In this document: one piece after another, positions 10,023-20,292 of the stretch
Layout: each line of letters opens with the position of its first letter
Position numbering within the stretch: the first letter of the stretch is position 1
DNA from: Epithemia pelagica
Taxonomy: Eukaryota; Protista; Bacillariophyta
Length of the DNA: 64,000 nucleotides
Direction: 5' to 3'
Assembly (NCBI GenBank): GCA_946965045.2
Contig: OX337228.1
Span: forward strand, 806,001 to 870,000
Position numbers and translations under genes: made by a program
The notes under the pieces: generated by a model
Told to the model about the DNA's origin: nothing
Database searches by the model: none
The model's input: only the letters and a program-made list of their open reading frames with translations

Positions 10023-11959
10023 CTACCGAGGCTTGAAACGCAACCCATGGGCATCTTCGTACACTCCAAGCACGCGGACGCCATCAGCCCAGTACTTTTT
10101 CCCACCCCCAGCAGAAGATTTTCGGTCTTTTAGTCGTATCAACTCTGCTCGGACTTCTGCGGGAACATGATTGCAGTGTTCCGCCAGATGTCCGTTGGCC
10201 TGGTTTTGTGCGGCCTGATACAGACCTTCCAATTTGGCCGGGTAGTAGACTGCACCACGGGCTCGGTGCTTGGGAGGGAGGTGAGTGCAGTGTTTGCATT
10301 GAATCCCGACTTGTCCCAGCACGATAGGACGGTTTCTCCCCTGCGCGTTGGACTCAATATCCTGATATTGTGCCTCAAACAGCTCAATGTTTTTCCTCAC
10401 CAAACATTGGTAGTCGGACAATGCATCATCGTCGCATGTCATGTAGAGAACAATCGGTGGCCGCCCTGTGACACTCAGACCACTCTCGGCATCATGTGCC
10501 AGAGCTGCTGAAGGTGTCGCCGGGCTTGCGGTATACGCCACTCCTGGTTCTGTCGGCGTTGGGACTCCTCCTGCTGCTTCATGGGGCACAGTCGGCAACC
10601 CAACCACACTACCCAGCAAAGCCGCTGTAGCTTCGATGGACTCACTGCTACCAGCATCCAAGTGTCCCTGGTTCAGAACAGCTTGTGCAAGCTGTTGCTG
10701 AGAAAGATGTAGCTGTTGTTGAAGGTGCTGTTGTTGGAGTTGTTGTTGAAGCTGTTGCTGTTGTGCAGCCAAGGTCTGCGCAAGTCCGACTGGGTTGAGG
10801 TTAGACAAAAGGGCCATCTGCTGCAAATACTGCTGTTGTAAGGCCATTTGCTGTTGCTGCTGATGCTGCTGTTGCGTGGCCTGCTTCGAGAAGAGGAAGT
10901 TGGAGAAGTGTCAGCTAATCAATCGTTCGTATCGGATACTACTGTTCTCGAAAGGCCATGGGACGAATCTTGACTTGGAGGTTCCTCTTTTATCTCTTAC
11001 CTGAAGCTGAGGGCTTGTGGCCAGCTGTTGCAGCTGCGACTGTAGTAGAGCGTTCTGAATCTGGACCATGGGAGATACCTGCAGAAAGGACGCCAAGGAC
11101 TGTTGTTGTTGGTGCTGCTGCTGTTGAGGCTGTATTGGCAATTGTGGTAAACCAGCTATTTGCTGAGAGTCTTGCACTAGCAGTGCTTGTGCATCCAAAC
11201 CTGACGTTCAAAAGAGACAAACAAATCAGACTTGACGTAAGCCATGACTGTGAACAGCACAAGTAGCCTCGAGTATGTACTGACCTGAAGGAAGAGTGGT
11301 TCCTGCAGCGATCCCTGAAGTCGGTTCTGCCGAAACGTAGAAAGTGGTTTTGGTTAAAAACTAATACTTTAAAGATAAAACGCCAGTCATTCCTGAACAT
11401 ACCAGACTCTTTCTCATTTTCACGCTCTGAGTCATCTACTTTCCGCCTTTTTGAGTCAGATCCTTCTTCGGAAGCATCAGCTAACCTAGCAGACCCACCT
11501 ACTATCAATGGAGTCCCGAGGACTTGTGGTTGGGTTTGGGCAAGATTGAGAGCCAAACTAGTTGGATGTCCGACCATCTCGGTGGCCAATTCATGACCAT
11601 CAGAGGACGCTGGTGCTTGTTGATTGGTTTGGACACTCCTCTTGTGCTCATTGTCTTTGTCCTCTTCCTCGCGTTGCATTTTAACACTAGCAAGGTCACC
11701 TGCTAGATTGATGAAGATGGTCAAGGTCTCCTCCCATACAGTGCGCACTCTTATGATACGCCCTTGCCTCGAGGTTTCTGGATCCTGGAGCAGTTGTTTC
11801 CTTTACGGACTTAGAGGTTGATGATGAAGCAGATGGGCGTGTGGAAATGAGGTTGTAAAATGATGCACCTGTTGGCTCAGCCGCCGACGCCGAGTCCGAT
11901 TGCACCGTCATCTTTTTTCTTACCAACGCGCCCATTTGGAAAAAATCCAAATCTTCCAT
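10023..11959 (-). CDS. Gln-rich protein with C-terminal diatom-type C2HC domain (putative transcriptional regulator); predicted 5 exons, about 496 aa
   Basis: Model join(11959-11869, 11699-11403, 11326-11285, 11200-11001, 10883-10023); all introns are GT-AG and phases match (1,491 nt). C-terminal domain: LSDYQCLVRKNIELFEA...GRNRPIVLGQVGIQCKHC...GAVYYP...LYQAAQN...HLAEHC...GKKYWADG. The first intron is the least certain. Confidence 0.75.
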
Positions 11960-12034
11960 CTTAAAAACCGGAAGTTTGAATAAGTAACAGTGTGCTACGG
12001 TAGTTTTATCGCTGATACAATAAAGAAAAATTAT

Positions 12035-12082
12035 TAAGGGCTGGGGATACCGATCCATGTACATCTAAGTAGGCTCAGTACA
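12035..12082 (+). repeat. 48-bp direct repeat, copy 1 (copy 2 at 20594-20641)
   Basis: taagggctggggataccgatccatgtacatctaagtaggctcagtaca is identical at both sites, with weaker similarity on both flanks. Confidence 0.95.
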
Positions 12083-13196
12083 AAAGCTACGTAGAGTACA
12101 TAAAATCACATAGTACACGTCACGCCGGAAATGGTCGGAATTTCAAAAAAATGCAAAAACGCTCGACAATGATGGCGAGATCCGGTGACGCCGTATGCAT
12201 TCACCCATGCATCGCATAAACATCCAACCACCGTAAGTCCTTTGCCCTTACCTTTGAAATTGTTGTCTGAAATTACAGAAGATTTGCCAAGTTGGCTGAA
12301 AAGGTACGCTCATTTTTCTGCAGTGATGAAATCGAACGACCGCCCTAACTCATTCATTTTTCAAGGGTGCCTGAATCAAAGTGAAAGCAAAGTTGCTCTA
12401 GTAGTAAAGATTCTTATTACAAAAGTGATTCAGGCAGGCTCAATTGTTCAGGAAGTTATGGCCATGGGGGTGATGACTTCCATCATTGTCGAATGATGGC
12501 TTCCGGATTGCACCTTTTCTATCGGTGGCAAGTTTACGACGTGCGACTCGGTGTTTCTCGTAGGAGTAGGAGTATAAAAGGGGCGGGGTGGAAGTTACCC
12601 CCCAGCGGGAGTGTTTTTGAGGGAGTAATTTCGTTGAAACACCCCCTTCTCTGTTCGCTGGATCTTGACGGTAGGCATATCTCATTTCCTCCACCACGAT
12701 AACAACACGACAATCAAACTTTGTTGTTGCTGGTGACCTCCAATGGCCACCCCATCATGATCTGACCATCATATGCTTCATCTGGGTACCATGGCAGTGC
12801 ATTGTGAGGGACACAGTGGATTCGGGCCACTCTAGGAAATGACCAATACAGTGACGCGTAATACAGGAACAATAGGAGACCATGATGGCATGAAAATACA
12901 TGAGAGTTGATGTTTTGCTATCAATGCAGCGCGTAACTACTACTGTTATGTGTATTATAGATCAATAGGTGTTCAAACAATGCAAGATAAGAGCCATATT
13001 GTCCCTTTGAGTTGCTTCGTTCGAAATTGTGAGACGTCGCGTCCGTGCCTGTGCCACGAGGCATGGCGCCTATGAGTCTGATGCATAACAGCCTTAACCT
13101 TTAAACTTTGGTGATGCAGATGCATTCTACACTATTGGTTTGAGGTCTATGACTGGGAAGACAGGTTTCAAGAGTCCAAATAGGTGCACAACAACC

Positions 13197-13363
13197 TGAA
13201 AGGACGGTGCGACCTAATGGAGACCCCAAAGGGACGATCCATAGGTTCAAGGCCAGCGTCGCAATCGAATGACGTACCCTCACCCATTTCCACTTACGTA
13301 TTAGGACCTACCGATCTAAACCGATATACTAGTCATAATTTTACAAACCAAACCCTCCTTTCA
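13197..13363 (+). repeat. 5' LTR (167 bp)
   Basis: TG...CA ends with an 8-bp terminal inverted repeat TGAAAGGA/TCCTTTCA; identical to 20126-20292. Confidence 0.98.
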
Positions 13364-13376
13364 GGTTATGAGCCCA
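13364..13376 (+). promoter_or_regulatory. Primer-binding site for the tRNA-iMet 5' half-molecule
   Basis: GGTTATGAGCCCA abuts the 5' LTR. It is complementary to the initiator tRNA anticodon arm (GGGCUCAUAACC) rather than the CCA end, as in Drosophila copia and Ty5. Confidence 0.85.
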
Positions 13377-13568
13377 AGTATCACGCACGTGATTTTACGC
13401 ACAAATTGGTTGCGAAAGTAAAATAAGCAAGGAAGAACCGGTCCAACGACGTTGACAAGAAGCCGTCGGAAGAGCCCGTTGAAGTCCAACCAGTTTCGAG
13501 AGCCCGTTTATTGGAACGAAGAGCATCGAAGACACGAAATAGAAGGAGCAGCCGCGATTTTCGGGTGA

Positions 13569-15140
13569 ATGGAAAGTTTAGAAGACCTTCTTCGCCTTTT
13601 GACTGACTCAGATTTGGATTCCATACCAGGGTGGTCGGAGAACTCAAGTATAAGTAGTATAATGTCGACGACGGACGCCACAATCACAATTAACGGAGAG
13701 ACGATCGAGGTGAACGATCAGGCGACGCCAGCACAAGATGTCGAAACCGCCCTCTTCAAGAAGGAAGACCGTGAAGGAATGGCACCCGAGAAGCGCCAAG
13801 AACTCTTTGCGAAGGCTGCCACGTCAATTATTACCAAGTTTGACCTACTGCCGGCGAACATCACCGATGTAAAGCAGCTTGAAGAGTGCTATAACTTGAA
13901 CCTCATGGTATCAAAGATCCGCAGTCAGCATGTCATGTACGACATGCATGACGTCTTTGTGATCGTTACTCCGGATGGAACCGGCCCAACCTTGTCCACA
14001 GACGTGAAGAAGAAACCCAGGGATTTGTATTCGTACTATTCCGACATGACCGAAGAACAGGTAGCGGCGAGCAACCGCTGGTATTCAACCTGGCCCAAGA
14101 AGAGTTGGTATCGGGAAAATCTAATGCTGACAGCTAAACAGCTTGAGGTTAGTATGAAGAATCCGCTCTGGACTAAGGTCTATGAGCGCTACAAGCGTTT
14201 CAAGACGGAAGAACAAGGTGGCCCCTTGCTATTCATCATTATGATGAAGCTTCTAGTAACTCATACCGAGCAAGCGACCAAAACTTTAGTCGATACTGTT
14301 GAAAATCTTAAGATTTCCAAGGTCCGTGGAGAAAATGTCTCGAAGATTGTGAGTCTAATTCTCGGAGCTCATGAGCGTCTTGAAGCTATCGAGATGGTTC
14401 CCGAGGATTTTGCCAAGACAGTGTTGAAGGTGCTCCAGACCAGTTCCGTTGAGAAGTTCAACAAGGTATTTGAGCTAATAGAGAGTCAGGCTAGAATCGC
14501 TGACGCCCTAGCTCGGTCCGGTCCCGCTGTTCAGTCGCAGTTTGCTATCCCCTCTATCGTGTCCCTACTCGATCTAGCTGAGAAGGAATATCTATCCCTA
14601 TGCCGTTCTAATGATTGGACCGAAGCCAAGACAAGAGGAAGTCCTTTGTCCTTCCCTGCTACATCTACTGATGGATCTAAAGGTGGTTCTGGCCGCAAGG
14701 GCCCCATTTGTTGGAACTGTGGTGGTCCTCACACGTTGAAGGACTGTACCAAGCCCCGGAACGAAGCGCTGATTGAGGCGAATCGCAAGAAGTTCAATGA
14801 AGCCCGTAAGAATTCCCGCGGTGCCAACAATGCCAACTTATCGTCCTCTACCTCCCGTCGCCACAAATGGCGAGCACCAACCGCGGACGAGAACAACCGC
14901 CGCGAAATTGATGGCAAAATGATGTCGTGGAATGCCGACACTCGTCGTTGGGTGGCATTGTCCACCACCACTACGCCCACAGCATCGTCGTCCGGCACAA
15001 CCCCGGCGGCCAATCTAGCCACAGCTGCATCCAATCGACGTGTGCAAATTGATGAGTCCGGTGGCAATCGGGCCAGCACTTGTCGTGCCATGGAACGAAC
15101 GGTCCAGACTCTACTGACCCAGTTCCAGGATCTCGAATGA
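13569..15140 (+). CDS. gag: Retrotransposon Gag (523 aa)
   Basis: First ORF after the PBS; zinc knuckle CWNCGGPHTLKDC (CX2CX3HX4C); ends in TGA at 15138-15140. Confidence 0.9.
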   Translation: MESLEDLLRLLTDSDLDSIPGWSENSSISSIMSTTDATITINGETIEVNDQATPAQDVETALFKKEDREGMAPEKRQELFAKAATSIITKFDLLPANITDVKQLEECYNLNLMVSKIRSQHVMYDMHDVFVIVTPDGTGPTLSTDVKKKPRDLYSYYSDMTEEQVAASNRWYSTWPKKSWYRENLMLTAKQLEVSMKNPLWTKVYERYKRFKTEEQGGPLLFIIMMKLLVTHTEQATKTLVDTVENLKISKVRGENVSKIVSLILGAHERLEAIEMVPEDFAKTVLKVLQTSSVEKFNKVFELIESQARIADALARSGPAVQSQFAIPSIVSLLDLAEKEYLSLCRSNDWTEAKTRGSPLSFPATSTDGSKGGSGRKGPICWNCGGPHTLKDCTKPRNEALIEANRKKFNEARKNSRGANNANLSSSTSRRHKWRAPTADENNRREIDGKMMSWNADTRRWVALSTTTTPTASSSGTTPAANLATAASNRRVQIDESGGNRASTCRAMERTVQTLLTQFQDLE

Positions 15141-18100
15141 TGGTGTGGCCGCCGACTTCTCTCTGTCGGTACAGGCCACCCTTTCTTCCAAACTACCGAT
15201 CCCAGGAGGGATACCTGGGCTCCATTGCCCTTTGGTTGGTTGTTGCCTGCCTTAGTGGTTTTTTTGTGTTCCTTCCGCACCCTGTGTGCCTGGATAAATC
15301 TTTCTTTTTACTTCGTCCCCCTTTTGATCTTGATCTTGTTCTTGTCCGTTGCGTCCTGCTCGCGAGAGGGAGGACTGGGTTGGCGTCACCTTTTTGCCTT
15401 CCCTAATTTGCCCGTGCAAGTCCGCCGTCGCTACAAGACCAAGACGCACATCGCCCGGCGTCGGTTTACTACTGCCCTCATGATGTTTCACACCGTGACC
15501 AACACGACCGTTACATGGGCTGGTACCGTCGATCGTGGACGGACGCCCTATACCTTAACCCGTCTGCCTCAACGCCGACGTCGAATTAAGCCTCAACGAT
15601 CAACAAGGCCCAAGGGATCTTCTCGCCGCGAAAAGCAAACAAACGACGCTGAATACGATACCAGCGACCATGGCGTTTATCTCCCGGGATCATGGACGAT
15701 CCCAAGCCAACAAGAATCGCTAACCGGTCCTGACCGATGGAAGCTACCGAAGGGACGACTTTCTTCCTACTTTGGCACGATGGATGAGCTAGTGGAGGCA
15801 ATCGAATGTCCGTCGAAGCGAAAACCTCCTGATCCGCTAGCGCAATACTTCGCGTTGCGGCAACTCGGACCTAGTCTGTTCCAACAGAAGAAGAAGGTTA
15901 TGGCCGTCAAGATGCAAAACGCTATGATTGCCGCTGCCAAGCTATCGGGAGACGACGAATATCATCAAGAGACACTACACCATCGAATGTCAGTGTATCT
16001 CAACTCATCCAAGGAGGCAGATTTGCCCGTCGTGATCGATACCGGTGCCTCTTCGTCCTTGACCCCGAAACTGGAAGACTTTGATGGCCCGATCAAACCT
16101 TGCGACACAACGGAATTGAACGGGTTGTCCAGTTCAACCACGGTTGTTGGAGTCGGTATGGCCAGATGGACGATCCGAGACGTGTTTGGTGTCACCCGTA
16201 CCATCTGTACCAAGGCCTATTACGTGCCAGCCGCACAAATCCGCCTCTTTAGCCCACAATCGTATTTTCAAGAACGATCGTCCGGTGAATTGTTGGTTAA
16301 CCACAACCGCTGTAAATTGATCCTCCATGATGGAAGTGACCTCGAGTTTCCGTTCAATGGGCAGAGCAATCTGCCATTGATGCTCACAAGCCACCAGGTT
16401 CAAATGGGGTTGTCTTTCGAGGACGTGATGGAGTTGGACGAGTCGAAGGCGTTTCTGTCCGTGGCAGATGAAGCCATCCAGAACATTACCGCAGCACAAC
16501 GTGAGCTGCTTAAATGGCACTGGAAATTGGGCCATGCTAATTTTACATGGATCCAAGAGTTGTGTCGGAATCCGCGGACGGAACGACGTCGCGTCCTGCA
16601 TACGCGTGAAAACCAAACGTCGTCGTGTCCAATTGACAACTTGCATTGTACAGCATGTCGACTCGGGAAACAGCGTCGCCGTGGTGCTAACACACAGCAC
16701 ACGGGAACCAAAGAAAATCGTCACATGGTCACGAAGTCAGACAACGTCAAACCCGGCGACTGTGTCAGCATTGACCAGTATCAATCTCCTTTGACTGGCC
16801 GTCTTCCGAACACCCGTGGCAGAGAACCGAAGAAGGATCAATTCACGGGCGGTACTCTTTTCGTAGATCATGCCTCAGGGCTTATCTACTGTGTCCACCA
16901 GGTGTCTCTCAATACCGGTGAGACTCTCCAAGCCAAACTGCAGTTCGAACAGTTCGCCCAAGAACAGGGCATAACAATCAAATCATATCTAGCCGATAAC
17001 AAGCCGTTTGGGAACAAGGACTTTGTTGCTGCGATTAAAGAGGCCGGTCAGACTATGTCGTTCTCCGGAGTTGGGGCACATCACCAGAATGGTGTTGCCG
17101 AGCGCAGTATTCGCACCGTAACGTCCTGGGCCCGTACGATGATGCTGCATGCCGTGCTGCATTGGCCGGAACATGCCCACGATTTAAGCCTTTGGCCGTT
17201 TGCCCTACAACATGCAGTATGGCTTTGGAATCATCTCCCAAAGCGATTAACACACATTGCCCCATTGGAAGTTTTTACTGGAACGATGTTCCCTACCTTA
17301 CATCACCTGCACCGCAGTCACGTTTGGGGTTGCCCGGTCTATGTCCTAGACCCTGCCCTTCAAGATGGCAAGAAATTGCCTAAATGGGCCCCTCGTGCTC
17401 GTCGTGGTCAGTACTTGGGCGTCTCACCCTCCCATTCAAGCACCGTGGGCCTGATTCTCAACATTGCTACGGGACACGTGAGTCCCCAATATCACGTCGT
17501 CTACGACGACTTGTTCAGTAGCGTGCCTAATGCCGAGACTGGAGGAGCCCTCCAACCCGATGTGTTCCATGGGTCCTTTTGGGACCAACTCGTTGCCAGT
17601 GGCCTAGAGCGGCTGGATGATGGTGACTATGCCGATGAACCCGTTCCTCCGCCCCTACATCATGATTGGATGACGAACGATGAGCTGGATGCCCTCCAGC
17701 GCCAACGGAACGACGCCGAAAGGGTCAATGCCTTACCCTTGCCTCCTACTTTGCCTCCCGCACCGCCCTTGCCTCCAGCGGGAGCTCCGGCACCTTTGGT
17801 GCCAGAGGGAGACGGTGTGGACGTGGATGTGGATGTTCCTGCTGGTGCTCTTTTTCCCCATCACTTTCCCTTGGACCAAGTGGACCCCAACGCGCCAGAG
17901 CACAACGAACACAACGATGCGAACGAACAAGACGATCCAAACGACAACAACGAACTGCCCCATTGGCAAATGGATGGAGTATGGGACGGCAACGGCGACA
18001 ACAACACGACGATGGACTCAGCCGACGAAGTTGTGATCTTCGATGCGGATAAGGAAGAATCCGTGAGAAGAGAGCAAGAAAGAGAACGGCGATCACAGCA

Positions 18101-20045
18101 CCTACAACCGCCAGACGAGATGACTTTTGGTCGTGGGAAGCGACAGCGCAAGCCAAACCCCAAGTATGCCAGCTTCTCGCAATCACGGTGGGCATCACTC
18201 GCATGCTTCAACCGCGACTCCTATTCCAAGCAAAAGGTGAAACGTGACTCGGCCAACGATGCATTCCTGGCAGGACTCGATTGGACCTCAACCGTGAATG
18301 AGTTACGATCATCAACCTCAACCTTAATGAACCGTCTACTGGCACTCAACACGGACTACCTGACGAACACGGTGGAAGCTATGCACCCTATGATGCTAGT
18401 AACAAAGGCGGACGCAGCGGATAACCCTCGTTGGAATGAAGCCATGAGCGGCCCAGATGCCGCTGGCTTCATGGAAGCTTGTAAAAAGGAAATTGACACC
18501 CTTTACCGACTAATGAAGGCCTGGACAGTGGTGGAACGGCAACCATGGATGAACGTGATCCCATCTACATGGGCGTTCAAACGGAAGCGATACCCCGACG
18601 GCTCAGTGAAGAAACTCAAAGCACGGTTTTGTGCACGAGGTGACTATCAAGTCGAAGGGATTGATTTCTTTGATACTTTTGCCCCTGTGGTCAATTGGAC
18701 AACGGTACGCCTAATGCTTATCCTGTCCATTATATTGAACCTTGCAACGGTGCAGGTAGACTATACCGCGGCGTTCCTTCACGCCCCAATTGATCGTGAT
18801 CCCAAGTGGGACTCGATGACTCGAGAAGAGCGACAGAAGAGCGGTGTCTACGTCGAGATGCCAAGAGGATTCGGCCAAGACGGACGAGTACTCAAATTGA
18901 ATCGTTCTCTGTACGGACTCAAACAGGCCCCTCGGAACTTCTTCCAACACTTCAAGGGTCAGTTAGAGAGAGTTGGCTTTGTATCTCAAGAATCCGTTGA
19001 TCCCTGCCTATTTATCTCGGACAAGGTCATTGCGGTAGTGTACGTGGACGACACACTCTTCTACAGTCCGAAGCGGGAATATATCGACGAGGTGCTCGAA
19101 CGATTAAAGAAAGAAGAACACGCTGAACTCGACGTTGAAGACAGCGTAGCAGAATTCTTGGGCGTTCACATTGAACGAGACAATACCCAAGGAACTATCA
19201 AACTGACCCAACAAGGTCTGATCAAACGTATATTGGAAGCCCTACAAGTTGGTGACTTGGAACGCAGTTGTACACCTGCATTATCAAAGCCCCTTGTAGA
19301 AGACAAAGAAGGAGATCCCCCACAAGGCCGCTACAATTACGCTAGCGTGATCGGGATGCTCCAGTACCTTCATGCGCACAGTCGCCCTGATTTAACGTAT
19401 GCCGTGAGCCAATGTGCCCGGTTCGTCCACAACCCGAAGCGTTCACACGAACGAGCAGTCGAGAAGATTGGGCAGTATCTGAAACACACCCAAGACCAAG
19501 GATTGATCTTGAAGCCGAGCCAAGAACTCGACGTCGACTGCTACGTCGATGCAGACTTTGCCAGATTATGGCCGTACGAAGAAAAGAATGACCCTACCAG
19601 TGTCAAGAGCCGTACAGGCTACGCTATATGCATTGCAAATTGCCCAGTCATATGGACGAGCAAACTCCAAACATCCATTGCCCTGAGTACAATGGAAGCC
19701 GAATACAACGCACTAAGCGAAGCTTTGAAGTCGGTCCTTCCCCTACGAGAACTCCTGACCCATGTCGCAAAAGGAGTGGGATTAAGTGACGACTATAACA
19801 CAACATTCAAGACTACCGTATGGGAAGACAACGCTGGAGCGTTAACCCTTGCAAATATGGAACCAGGTCGAATCACGCCCAGATCAAAATATTACGCTGT
19901 GAAAACCCATTGGTTCCGATCCCATCTAAACAAGCGCCTAACCGTTGTCAAAGTGGCAACGACGGAACAACGCGCGGATATTTTAACCAAAGGATTGACC
20001 CAAACCACTTTCGAGCACATCCGGAAGCTCCTTTGTGGTTGGTAA
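15141..20045 (+). CDS. pol: Retrotransposon Pol (protease, integrase, RT, RNase H), in frame with gag after a single TGA
   Basis: Protease VVIDTGAS; integrase Zn region WHWKLGH...CTACRLGK; core VSIDQY / ADNKPF / QNGVAERSIRT; RT VYVDDTLF; RNase H YVDADFA / STMEAEY / EDNAGA / ADILTK. The frame is open from 15141; the ORF track starts it at an alternative codon at 15225. Confidence 0.97.
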   Translation, partial: WCGRRLLSVGTGHPFFQTTDPRRDTWAPLPFGWLLPALVVFLCSFRTLCAWINLSFYFVPLLILILFLSVASCSREGGLGWRHLFAFPNLPVQVRRRYKTKTHIARRRFTTALMMFHTVTNTTVTWAGTVDRGRTPYTLTRLPQRRRRIKPQRSTRPKGSSRREKQTNDAEYDTSDHGVYLPGSWTIPSQQESLTGPDRWKLPKGRLSSYFGTMDELVEAIECPSKRKPPDPLAQYFALRQLGPSLFQQKKKVMAVKMQNAMIAAAKLSGDDEYHQETLHHRMSVYLNSSKEADLPVVIDTGASSSLTPKLEDFDGPIKPCDTTELNGLSSSTTVVGVGMARWTIRDVFGVTRTICTKAYYVPAAQIRLFSPQSYFQERSSGELLVNHNRCKLILHDGSDLEFPFNGQSNLPLMLTSHQVQMGLSFEDVMELDESKAFLSVADEAIQNITAAQRELLKWHWKLGHANFTWIQELCRNPRTERRRVLHTRENQTSSCPIDNLHCTACRLGKQRRRGANTQHTGTKENRHMVTKSDNVKPGDCVSIDQYQSPLTGRLPNTRGREPKKDQFTGGTLFVDHASGLIYCVHQVSLNTGETLQAKLQFEQFAQEQGITIKSYLADNKPFGNKDFVAAIKEAGQTMSFSGVGAHHQNGVAERSIRTVTSWARTMMLHAVLHWPEHAHDLSLWPFALQHAVWLWNHLPKRLTHIAPLEVFTGTMFPTLHHLHRSHVWGCPVYVLDPALQDGKKLPKWAPRARRGQYLGVSPSHSSTVGLILNIATGHVSPQYHVVYDDLFSSVPNAETGGALQPDVFHGSFWDQLVASGLERLDDGDYADEPVPPPLHHDWMTNDELDALQRQRNDAERVNALPLPPTLPPAPPLPPAGAPAPLVPEGDGVDVDVDVPAGALFPHHFPLDQVDPNAPEHNEHNDANEQDDPNDNNELPHWQMDGVWDGNGDNNTTMDSADEVVIFDADKEESVRREQERERRSQHLQPPDEMTFGRGKRQRKPNPKYASFSQSRWASLACFNRDSYSKQKVKRDSANDAFLAGLDWTSTVNELRSSTSTLMNRLLALNTDYLTNTVEAMHPMMLVTKADAADNPRWNEAMSGPDAAGFMEACKKEIDTLYRLMKAWTVVERQPWMNVIPSTWAFKRKRYPDGSVKKLKARFCARGDYQVEGIDFFDTFAPVVNWTTVRLMLILSIILNLATVQVDYTAAFLHAPIDRDPKWDSMTREERQKSGVYVEMPRGFGQDGRVLKLNRSLYGLKQAPRNFFQHFKGQLERVGFVSQESVDPCLFISDKVIAVVYVDDTLFYSPKREYIDEVLERLKKEEHAELDVEDSVAEFLGVHIERDNTQGTIKLTQQGLIKRILEALQVGDLERSCTPALSKPLVEDKEGDPPQGRYNYASVIGMLQYLHAHSRPDLTYAVSQCARFVHNPKRSHERAVEKIGQYLKHTQDQGLILKPSQELDVDCYVDADFARLWPYEEKNDPTSVKSRTGYAICIANCPVIWTSKLQTSIALSTMEAEYNALSEALKSVLPLRELLTHVAKGVGLSDDYNTTFKTTVWEDNAGALTLANMEPGRITPRSKYYAVKTHWFRSHLNKRLTVVKVATTEQRADILTKGLTQTTFEHIRKLLCGW

Positions 20046-20116
20046 GGCCTTCACCATTTCATTTCCATCCCACAATCCATCTCATTACATATTATCTCTC
20101 ATCCGATTGCTCCTCT

Positions 20117-20125
20117 GAGAGGGAG
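20117..20125 (+). promoter_or_regulatory. Polypurine tract
   Basis: GAGAGGGAG directly abuts the 3' LTR. Confidence 0.85.
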
Positions 20126-20292
20126 TGAAAGGACGGTGCGACCTAATGGAGACCCCAAAGGGACGATCCATAGGTTCAAGGCCAGCGTCGCAATCGAATG
20201 ACGTACCCTCACCCATTTCCACTTACGTATTAGGACCTACCGATCTAAACCGATATACTAGTCATAATTTTACAAACCAAACCCTCCTTTCA
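20126..20292 (+). repeat. 3' LTR (167 bp)
   Basis: Identical to the 5' LTR; followed by TSD CAACC. Confidence 0.98.

Larger units (their letters stand above)
13197..20292 (+). mobile_element. Full-length Ty1/copia LTR retrotransposon (CoDi-like), 7,096 bp
   Basis: Two identical 167-bp LTRs, 5-bp TSD CAACC (13192-13196, 20293-20297), PBS, PPT, and gag plus pol in copia order PR-IN-RT-RH. Confidence 0.98.
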
